Below are positions 17,350-25,120 of a stretch of DNA of 25,305 nucleotides, piece after piece. The notes beneath the pieces were generated by a model that was not told the DNA's origin, searched no databases, and saw only the letters and a program-made list of their open reading frames with translations. Each line of letters opens with the position of its first letter. Within the stretch, counting starts at the first letter, position 1. Both the position numbers and the translations under genes were made by a program. The DNA comes from Anaerolineae bacterium (GTDB taxonomy: Bacteria; Chloroflexota; Anaerolineae; 4572-78; NAK82): assembly GCA_034412795.1 (NCBI GenBank), contig DAOUMD010000141.1, forward strand, positions 1 through 25,305. The letters run 5' to 3'.

Positions 17350-18627
17350 ATGGGACGATCAGGGAAACGTAAGCAGCCCATTCTTACAATTGAAGTGTTT
17401 AGTATGAGTGACCAATCTACCGAAATAGGCTTCAGTGGTTCAGGTGATTTTCAAAGTAGAACATTTCGCATAGAGGATTTTGGTTATAGAAGCCTACCCG
17501 AGCATTTTGAACGTTATAGTTCAGCCTTGGAAAATCTCAAAAGAAAATTCGGCAAAGGTGACAAGCAGGAGCAGCCCAGTGAACTGAAAGAGGCAATCAA
17601 AGAACTCTCCAATGGCACAAGTTACTTATATAATTACTTATTTCGAAGACGTAATGATGTCTATGTGGACATCGTAAATCATCTAAGAAATCATATACCT
17701 ACGTCTGATCCAAGACGGGGCGAGGACGTGAACGTGATTGAGGTAAGGGCAAGTAGTATTAAGCATATTATTCCCATCGAATGTCTAGTGATGCCGGATC
17801 ACTCTTTGGGACTAGAGATCAAGGAGAAAAAAGATGTAGTCAGAGCCACATTAAACGTTCTAGGATTCTCGTTTATTATTAATCGAGTGGTTACACATAT
17901 GGAAAGAGTGAGCCAAAAACGAGAGCTTTGTAACGTTCCGGCGTTACCGCTGAAGCAGTTTTACGACGGGTCTCTCGAAGGGGCAGGATATGAGTGTGAT
18001 TTTTTTAAAGGCAAGAGGTTTGGAAGATATTTTCGCTTGGATGGTCCTTGGCCAGAGAGAGGCTCCGATTTTGAAGCGGAAGATGTGGTTCGATACTTCT
18101 ATAGACCCGATCTTGGGTTTGGTCAGGTTATTCAAGCAGAAGCAATAGGACGTCAATCTGACGAAATCCATCATCTATCTTGCCATTGCTATACGGATGA
18201 AAATGCCTCCTGGAGAAGTTTTTTACGTTTCACAGACAGACTCAAAGTAAGTTTAGAGGAAATGCAAAGTCATTTGCCGCATCTCAAATTCAGGGAATAT
18301 TCAGATAAGGAAATGCCTTTAATATTTCTAAATGCTTGCGGTGGCTCGAAGATATCCCCTGAAGGAATGACCTCTTTCCCCGACTATTTTCTAAACGACA
18401 ACCAAAACTGTGGATTTATTGGTAGTGAGACCAATATTCCGGATCCTTTTGCCGCCGAATTCTCTCAAGAGTTTTATTTAAACTTAATACGAGGATTCAC
18501 AATTGGCGAGGCTTTGTTCTGGGCACGTCATACAATGTTGAATAGGTACAACAACCCTCTAGGAATTCTCTACACGTTTTATGGAGATCCATATCTGAGA
18601 GTCACGAAGAAGGCAGATGACCTCTGA
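17350..18627 (+). CDS. CHAT-domain (caspase-like, clan CD) protease.
   Basis: His region EIHHLSCHCYTD and Cys region PLIFLNACGGSK, followed by a CHAT-like tail ending GDPYLRV. AT-rich codon usage like the upstream gene. Start 17350 versus 17404 is uncertain. Confidence 0.75.
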   Translation: MGRSGKRKQPILTIEVFSMSDQSTEIGFSGSGDFQSRTFRIEDFGYRSLPEHFERYSSALENLKRKFGKGDKQEQPSELKEAIKELSNGTSYLYNYLFRRRNDVYVDIVNHLRNHIPTSDPRRGEDVNVIEVRASSIKHIIPIECLVMPDHSLGLEIKEKKDVVRATLNVLGFSFIINRVVTHMERVSQKRELCNVPALPLKQFYDGSLEGAGYECDFFKGKRFGRYFRLDGPWPERGSDFEAEDVVRYFYRPDLGFGQVIQAEAIGRQSDEIHHLSCHCYTDENASWRSFLRFTDRLKVSLEEMQSHLPHLKFREYSDKEMPLIFLNACGGSKISPEGMTSFPDYFLNDNQNCGFIGSETNIPDPFAAEFSQEFYLNLIRGFTIGEALFWARHTMLNRYNNPLGILYTFYGDPYLRVTKKADDL

Positions 18628-18825
18628 AATCAGTTCATACAATTGAACGCCGAACGAAAAAATTAGAAAGCACATTAGACCAAATGATTAACAATATGGC
18701 CCCTTCACAATTGACAGTAGCGCCAACTAGGCAAGAAAGTCGGAGCACCACTCTCAGATTCGTTGACGTGTAAAGTTGGTAAGAAGACGCCAGCATTAAT
18801 TCAATTGCATAATTGAGGAGGAAGT

Positions 18826-19149
18826 ATGAGCGAGCGTACAATCGTAATAATCGGTCGGGAAGACACAGAGGATCGAGGTATCTTGGGCAATGCGAGTCAA
18901 TGGGTTTTTGAACGAGAGGAAGTCTCGGTAGATCACATAAAATCCCAACTCATTGATTTCCTTTCTAGCATGCAGGAAATCTTGGATGGTCTTCCAGACA
19001 AAATGGCTCGGTATGAACTTGAGTCGATGGATGTAAGCGTAGAGATCAGCACGAAAGGAAACGTAAGCCTTGTGGCGGTTGGTGGGGAGTTAGGCGGTAC
19101 GGGTGGCTTGACATTGCATCTAAAAAAGAAGTCACCAGGCCAGCAATAG
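18826..19149 (+). CDS. Small (107 aa) protein, function not assignable. Likely accessory component or substrate of the protease pair.
   Basis: Strong RBS GAGGAGG 5 nt before ATG. Gly-rich C-terminus (AVGGELGGTGGLTLHLKKK). Same AT-rich block and strand as the protease genes. Confidence 0.55.
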   Translation: MSERTIVIIGREDTEDRGILGNASQWVFEREEVSVDHIKSQLIDFLSSMQEILDGLPDKMARYELESMDVSVEISTKGNVSLVAVGGELGGTGGLTLHLKKKSPGQQ

Positions 19150-19775
19150 AGCATCCTAATCAAGAAACTGATTGATATATTGTTATTATGGCAAGCTGAT
19201 AGATCACAATCACGGAATTACTAAGAGTGGTGATTTGAGCGACAGGGGTATCCTGCAATGGTCCTCCATCACTTCATTTCATACCATACCACTTCGACCA
19301 AATTTCCTAGCGTAGGCAGCGTCCATAGCGCAAACTACCATAGGGCATGTTGTCATCTCGAAGGATCATCCTATGATCAACTAAGACTGCTTACCCTATG
19401 TCTAAGGACATTGGTCACAAGTTAAGCAGATTGGAAATTTGTCAAATTCATGCCCTACACAATAACACAGGCCATCAAGGCTGAGATTTCGCAAAGTTCT
19501 AATCAAGCCAGTTTGTTTCACCTAAGTGTTCGTTGGTACATCTGGCTGTGACCATAGCCAAATTGACCAAGAGCTTGTTGAAAAATCGGCTGGAAATCTA
19601 TAAGTTTCTACCTTGACAAATCGCGAAAACGCTTAACTTGTAGGTTGTGGTCTAAGACAGTAGCTCCTTAGTATCTGTAAAGAAATAACTTGTGAGTTTT
19701 GGTCCTACATAACGCGCAAAGAATCACAACTTATTTTTTTACAAGTACTTAGTTAAGATCGTGCTGAGGTGACCT

Positions 19776-20858
19776 ATGCCAGTCTGTGTATCGTGTCGCG
19801 GAGAATACTGGGCTCCAACCGGAAGTGGGCAGAACACTAGTGAGCAACCACGGGATGCACCTACACCATCCGCATTCGATCAAATTGCGCGGTCTGAAGA
19901 AAGCCAAGCACCCGAGGCACCCGCATCGACACATGCGTCACTCTCCCCATCATCAGGCCTGGCGGAGGCATACGACCTGCGTGACCTGCCGCCCTTCGTT
20001 TGCGCCCGCTGCCGTCAGAGCAACCGGCGCTGGCACGAGTGGGCTACCGCCCGCTTTGGCGCCCATTTTATACGTTTCTTCTTTCAAAGCATTCCCTGGG
20101 GTTTGCTGGCATTAATCTCCTTCTTGTTGCCTCTGGTAGCCATCGCTGCCGCCGACACGATCACGCCTGTCGCCTCGGTGCGCATCGGGATTCCCCTGGC
20201 CCTCTTGCTGATCTTTGTCAACGTCGCGTTGCTGTACGCCATCAAAAACTCATTGTGGCGCTACGATGTCTTGAGCCGGGTCGGGCGTGGCTTCAGGCCG
20301 TCGCTGGTCACGCTGGGCGTCACCTTTTTTATCCTGGCGCTGATCTTCGGCCTGGCTCTGGTCTTCATGATGGAAGCCCGCGCCGACGACCCGGAGGCGG
20401 GGCCGACCCAGGGGCTGCTGCGTGTGCTGACCACCATTATGCTGGCGCTGACCTTCGTCAACGTGACAATCTCCGCTATGTTCTTATCCGCCCACGATTA
20501 CGCCAAATGGCTCGACCGTGAGATGCCGCAACCCATCTACGCCCAAGAAAAACGCTTGTTGAGGCTAATTGAGGACGGCGTGTTAGCAAGCATCAAGCGG
20601 GCGACAGGCAAAGAGGATGAGGGAGTGGCAACCACTATCGTGGATATGGAGCGTTGCAAGGATGGCGGCGCTGACCTGGTGATCGGCGCCGAGGTCGCAT
20701 CGAACGGAGACGGGTCGCTGATGAAGTTGCAGAACTGGCAGGTTAAAGCTGATCGCTGGGGCCGAATAAGGAAGATGAGCCGGGAAGGTCCCCCTCAGTA
20801 CGTGGAGTTGCCCGTTGCCGAAAGCTCTGAAGATGATGAAGGTCAAGGGAATGGATGA
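19776..20858 (+). CDS. Zinc-ribbon (CxxC...CxxC) multi-TM membrane protein with a cytoplasmic C-terminal domain that I cannot assign. Paralog of the next gene.
   Basis: N-terminal CVSCRG...CARCRQ, then 3-4 hydrophobic helices. C-terminal motif WQVKADRWGRIRK shared with the next gene (WRVVSDKWGRVTQ). RBS GAGGTGA. Confidence 0.65.
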   Translation: MPVCVSCRGEYWAPTGSGQNTSEQPRDAPTPSAFDQIARSEESQAPEAPASTHASLSPSSGLAEAYDLRDLPPFVCARCRQSNRRWHEWATARFGAHFIRFFFQSIPWGLLALISFLLPLVAIAAADTITPVASVRIGIPLALLLIFVNVALLYAIKNSLWRYDVLSRVGRGFRPSLVTLGVTFFILALIFGLALVFMMEARADDPEAGPTQGLLRVLTTIMLALTFVNVTISAMFLSAHDYAKWLDREMPQPIYAQEKRLLRLIEDGVLASIKRATGKEDEGVATTIVDMERCKDGGADLVIGAEVASNGDGSLMKLQNWQVKADRWGRIRKMSREGPPQYVELPVAESSEDDEGQGNG

Positions 20859-20920
20859 TGCTGGCTGTGTGAAACAGCCGCTGCCATCACGTCCCGCAGC
20901 GTACACCGGATGGAGTAAAC

Positions 20921-21928
20921 TTGTTTAATGAACGTCCCACACCTTTGCCCTGTATAGCCTGCCACACATCCCTGTCTCCTGCCTCCCTCGACTGCTGCCC
21001 CCGCTGTGGCGCGGATAATCGCGCCTGGTTTACCTGGCTGTCTGCCGATCAAAGGGACCACCTCAAGCGATTTTTCCTGCGTAGCCCCTGGGGCCGGCTG
21101 GCGCTGGTCTCGCTGCTCTTGCCCCTTATTTGGGGTGCTCTTAGTGGGCTGCCGGCCTTTGAGACGGTGGTTCTATTTCTGGCGTTCCTGCTGAGCCTGA
21201 CCGGTCTCGTTTTTCTCTTCGCCAGGCGAGATGTCCTGTCCATCCACGACATGGCGCGCCGCGTTTCCCCCGGTCTTCATCCGGAGTTGCTGTCCCTGGG
21301 TGGTACAGGCTTCCTGGTATTCATTGGGGTCGCCGCGATCCTGGTGATCGCTTGGGGATCCGAAGTGTTGGGGGGTGGGCCATCAGCCTTCAACACGTTA
21401 GGAGGTGGGGCTATCGTCTTAGTCGGGCTGGCTTTCACCACCCAGACGTTGGGAGCCGGTCTATATGCCGTGTGTGCCTATGGTCATTGGCTATGCCGCG
21501 CTTTCCCCAGGCCCGTCTTCCTGGACCAGGCGCGGCTTCTGCAATTGGTCCTGCGCGCGGTGGTGCCCCGCATCCAGGTCAAAACGGGCGACACCTATGA
21601 GGCGGTGGCGGCCCAGGTCGTGGCCCTGTCACGCACTAACCGGGCGGGTCTGGATGTGTTGATTCGGGCCGAGGCCGGGACGGACGAGGGTTGGGAGGGA
21701 CACTACCTCAAGGCGGTTCAGCATTGGCGCGTCGTCTCCGACAAGTGGGGGCGTGTGACACAACTGAAACCCCAGGGGCCCCTGGAGTACCTCCCCGATC
21801 TGGACCGCGTGGCCACACCCTTCGCCCCTGGGGATAATGGGGAGAAGGTCTTGGATGGCAAGATTATACCCCCGGAGAAGGAGATATTCCATTATAGGGA
21901 GGTCAGGGATTATCACTTCCGCAAGTGA
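20921..21928 (+). CDS. Second zinc-ribbon multi-TM membrane protein (tandem paralog).
   Basis: CIACH...CCPRCG zinc ribbon, TM helices, and a C-terminal domain homologous to the previous gene. Probable TTG start preceded by GGATGGAG. Confidence 0.6.
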   Translation: MFNERPTPLPCIACHTSLSPASLDCCPRCGADNRAWFTWLSADQRDHLKRFFLRSPWGRLALVSLLLPLIWGALSGLPAFETVVLFLAFLLSLTGLVFLFARRDVLSIHDMARRVSPGLHPELLSLGGTGFLVFIGVAAILVIAWGSEVLGGGPSAFNTLGGGAIVLVGLAFTTQTLGAGLYAVCAYGHWLCRAFPRPVFLDQARLLQLVLRAVVPRIQVKTGDTYEAVAAQVVALSRTNRAGLDVLIRAEAGTDEGWEGHYLKAVQHWRVVSDKWGRVTQLKPQGPLEYLPDLDRVATPFAPGDNGEKVLDGKIIPPEKEIFHYREVRDYHFRK

Positions 21929-22012
21929 CCATAGTGATACTCGATGGCCGAATCGTGGCCTGTCACATTCAATCAGTTGACAGGCAATAACCGCACTAAC
22001 CGCACAACTTTC

Positions 22013-22040
22013 TTGACAGAGCTGCACAATGTGGTATAAT
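22013..22040 (+). promoter_or_regulatory. Near-consensus sigma70 promoter: TTGACA (22013-18), N16, TGgTATAAT (22032-40).
   Basis: Hexamers read directly, in an AT-rich intergenic region. Confidence 0.5.
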
Positions 22041-22320
22041 TGCTAAAAATAGAACAAATGTCCTACAGCAGATATAAGTTTGTGATTGTACAAATTTCCA
22101 TGTCAGTATGAAAGTAATCTTCCAAATTACGTCTCTATGTTGTTTCTTTCTTCTTTGCCTTCTGTGTGTTGCTGCTGGCTATCTCAGGCTGCGCGATGAT
22201 GGCTATATAGGGCTGGAGATTGTTCATACATATTTGCCCAGTCTGATAAACCGTGATCGCAGAACCTTCGCAAGGGTGGCTGAGCAGTTACCTTCATAGG
22301 AAGTTCTAATGAGTTGGTGG

Positions 22321-22349
22321 TTGACAAATGTTATGGCGTATGTTAGAAT
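22321..22349 (+). promoter_or_regulatory. Second strong promoter: TTGACA (22321-26), N17, TAGAAT (22344-49).
   Basis: Read directly. Lies about 160 nt upstream of ATG 22510. Confidence 0.45.
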
Positions 22350-22509
22350 ATCTACAAGCGGATGGAACTGCAGTATCATTAACCAAAGAGATATATCGAA
22401 TTCTGGCTACTGGCTTTGCTGGCTGTCGACCTGATTTTCGGCATGAGGTGATTGACGCTATAGCAAAGTCATTGCCTTTTCGTTGAAAGGAATTGTTTTG
22501 GAGGTTGTA

Positions 22510-22764
22510 ATGCCAGACAGTAGAAGAGGTTCCAATTCGCGGCTAGAAATCTGGTTCAAGGATGAAATTGAGAACACACTAAGTGCAATAGACTTGGCAA
22601 ATGAGGAGTTGTTCGAGATTGTCTGTGTTCCTGAGATGCAGCTCTACCGCCAAGGTTACCAAGCTGCGCTGCGAGCTGTTGCGGAGGCATTTGGAATTCG
22701 GCGTGAGCTGACAGCAAACGGCACTGGACGATCACCGAATATCATAGACGCCAACCCTCGCTGA
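22510..22764 (+). CDS. Hypothetical 85-aa protein in an AT-rich mini-module.
   Basis: GGAGG 4 nt before ATG 22510 (MPDSRRGSNSRLEIWFKDEIEN...). Followed by a strong terminator. No family recognised. Confidence 0.45.
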   Translation: MPDSRRGSNSRLEIWFKDEIENTLSAIDLANEELFEIVCVPEMQLYRQGYQAALRAVAEAFGIRRELTANGTGRSPNIIDANPR

Positions 22765-22811
22765 GCTGGTTCAGAAAATTGAGAGGTTGGTTCGGCACAT
22801 TGATACTTAAA

Positions 22812-22852
22812 CACACTCGGGGAGGTACGAGTGTGTTTTCTTTTCTTTCCCC
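22812..22852 (+). terminator. Rho-independent terminator: stem AACACACTCG / CGAGTGTGTT, loop gggaggta, tail TTCTTTTCTTTCC.
   Basis: 10-bp perfect stem and U-rich tail, read directly. Confidence 0.6.
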
Positions 22853-22983
22853 TTGTTAATACTTGCTGAAGTACATCCCTGCTCTAGGCTGGCTAGGCAC
22901 GATGGCGGGTGCTTCGGGTGTTGCGTATTTTCAGCTTCGCCAGCTATTAATTGGTGTTGTTCACAGTTCTTCCTTTCTGCTCT

Positions 22984-24570
22984 TCAATCAATTGACCATT
23001 TGGACGTATCCGCAGATTGTGCCATGTCACCAGGCAGTAGCGGTCCTTGGATCTGAGTTCCTTGCAGCGTGGCAATAAGAAGCCGCCTGTCCTCAGCTTT
23101 GTTCAGGCACTCGTACAGCGTCTTTATTGTTTCCTTCATCGCATCTTGGTCAAGGAAATGGCGCAGCAGCCTAAGCATTTGCTCGAATTGCTTCGCTCGG
23201 ACCTCAGCTTCTGCCTCGCCACGAGTAACAAGAGCCCCCTTCTCGGCTTCGGCCACGATCTCCTTCACCCTGGCATCCGCATGGGCCTCTAACAGCCTGA
23301 GTGCCCGCTCTTGTACTTGATCCGGTAACTTCACACCCTGGATGTCAACGGCGCGAATTCTTATGCCAAAGTTCTTAGCAGCAGCTTGGGCCCACCGGTC
23401 CAGAATGTATTGTTCTATCTCTTGGATGGTTCGCTGGTCTTCTTTAAACTTTTTCGGTAAGCTACTGTTCTCGTCGAAACCGACCGGGCGTAAAATCTGA
23501 TCAAGGCGATAGGTCGCGATCGTGTCCCGCAGTTGTGACTCCGCCCCGGCCACACTGAGGATCTCCCAGCCGGCGGGTGTCACATTCAGGCCTGCCTTGC
23601 GGACGTTCTCCACCCAGACCGGGTAGTCGCCGCCAATCATAACCTCTTCCTTACCGGCCTTCAAATCATTGATGAGCCGGGTCAGCTTATCCCGTTCTTC
23701 GCCCTCATTCTTGGCTAACTCTTCCTCCAAACGCTTGATAGTATCAGGCAAAGGCTCAATTTGATAGCCCACGCCCACTTTTAAGGTCAACCGCACCCCA
23801 TCGCTGGTCAGGACATCCTCTATTTCTTCGGTTTTCCACAGCGGGTTGAGACGCACAATCTTGTAGACGTACTCGTATAACCTGGTTTTGAACACGCCTG
23901 GGCCCCTAATCTGTGTGATCTTGCCGCCTTTCTCGAGTACCACGGCGTTGCCAGGCCGGACGATCACCCGGCCTGGTCCACCGATCGCGGTTAAGACTCC
24001 CCGTGATCGAGCCCGTGTTTCCCGCCCGTCTTCTATGATCACCCATGGATAGTAAGTTCTGAAGATCAATGAAAATAGCCAGCGCACGGCGTCACGCTGG
24101 GTGATACCTTTGTAATCATGTAGGGCGAGCAGAGGCACTGTAGCTAGCCACATCAGGAAAGCCAGTGGCAAGAGCAAGACAATGACAACCACAACCCCGG
24201 CGAGAAAGCCCAACGCCGCTTGTAAGGCAAGCGCGTTGCGGGTGGTGGCTGCCAACCTGGATTCTCGAGCTGCGGCCGCGATGGCGGGACTGGTAGCGAT
24301 GAAGGTCTGCACCAATGTCGCTACTAACAAGATGACGAAGAGGAGAATCCAGACGAAGGCCAGAAATCGAAAAAGTGGCTTCACAAAGAGTCGGAAAAAT
24401 AGGAGTCCACCCAGGAAGCCCACGGCATAACTCAGCCTCCAGTCGATTTGATATGTGGCGATGGTGAGAAAGATCAATCCAAGCGCAACTAGCGCCATCT
24501 GTACCCCTCCCCCACTTAGCTCGGTCGCTTTCTTGGGTACTTCGCTGGAGATGTCCGTCGTACTGGTCAT
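22984..24570 (-). CDS. SPFH/band-7 membrane protein paralog (polytopic N-domain plus SPFH core with insert plus coiled coil).
   Basis: RGVLTAIGGPGRVIVRPGNAVVLEKGGKITQIRGPGVFKTRLYEYVYKI...DVLTSDGVRLTLKVGVGYQIEP aligns position by position with the 13193-14950 protein. RBS GGAGGAA before ATG. Confidence 0.75.
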   Translation of the reverse strand: MTSTTDISSEVPKKATELSGGGVQMALVALGLIFLTIATYQIDWRLSYAVGFLGGLLFFRLFVKPLFRFLAFVWILLFVILLVATLVQTFIATSPAIAAAARESRLAATTRNALALQAALGFLAGVVVVIVLLLPLAFLMWLATVPLLALHDYKGITQRDAVRWLFSLIFRTYYPWVIIEDGRETRARSRGVLTAIGGPGRVIVRPGNAVVLEKGGKITQIRGPGVFKTRLYEYVYKIVRLNPLWKTEEIEDVLTSDGVRLTLKVGVGYQIEPLPDTIKRLEEELAKNEGEERDKLTRLINDLKAGKEEVMIGGDYPVWVENVRKAGLNVTPAGWEILSVAGAESQLRDTIATYRLDQILRPVGFDENSSLPKKFKEDQRTIQEIEQYILDRWAQAAAKNFGIRIRAVDIQGVKLPDQVQERALRLLEAHADARVKEIVAEAEKGALVTRGEAEAEVRAKQFEQMLRLLRHFLDQDAMKETIKTLYECLNKAEDRRLLIATLQGTQIQGPLLPGDMAQSADTSKWSID

Positions 24571-24681
24571 TTCACATTCCTCCGGTTGTCTGCCATCTCT
24601 CGCACAAGTAAGGACTGGGTTTCGACGTGTGACTTGCGTTCTTCACCCCGTGTCTGCCAGGGAAGCCCGACAACTTTCCAC

Positions 24682-24963
24682 TCACTTTCCAGACACACTA
24701 AACATGGCGAAGGGCAGCGCAATCAGGATGATCGCGAAAAAGATGGCCCAATACGATGCTGTCCGGGGCATTCGATCGAACGGTACATTTCTGAGATTGA
24801 AGTATACGTACAGCGCCGCCAGGTCGAAAATGCCCAGTTGGATCAAACGATTCCATCCGATGTGACATTCGTCGGCACGCAAAACGATCAGCAGAACGAG
24901 CAGGCTAATAAAGACAGGGGGTACAAGGATGCTCCATGGGGAAGGGTCACGTAGAAATTCCAC
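24682..24963 (-). CDS. Small 2-TM membrane protein upstream of, and co-oriented with, the SPFH paralog. Possibly a short NfeD-like partner.
   Basis: AGGAGGTAA RBS 9 nt before a GTG start. Two hydrophobic helices. SPFH genes commonly pair with a small membrane partner such as NfeD. Confidence 0.45.
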   Translation of the reverse strand: MEFLRDPSPWSILVPPVFISLLVLLIVLRADECHIGWNRLIQLGIFDLAALYVYFNLRNVPFDRMPRTASYWAIFFAIILIALPFAMFSVSGK

Positions 24964-25120
24964 GGCATTACCTCCTGTATTTCAGGCAATGAATACCTGA
25001 CTTCAGATGTCATGCCCTATGGAGTTGCGTGCGCGACGAGAGATTGATAGATGTAAGCTCTACTATAATTAACGTGCAAAAACGAGAAATTTGCACAAGA
25101 CATAAGCGGCGGAGGATAAA

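Noticed and set aside
18635-18841. 68-aa minus-strand ORF in the CHAT / small-ORF intergenic region.
   Set aside because: AT-rich intergenic region, no RBS, opposite to the flanking operon direction.
19150-19775. Possible CRISPR array or ncRNA in the ORF-free AT-rich 625-bp region.
   Set aside because: Only short irregular direct and inverted repeats (about 18 bp, two copies), with no regular repeat-spacer periodicity. I left it as a regulatory or decayed spacer.
22853-23320. Plus-strand ORFs 22853-23078 and 23047-23320.
   Set aside because: They overlap the C-terminal part of the minus-strand SPFH paralog, are antisense to it, and have no RBS.
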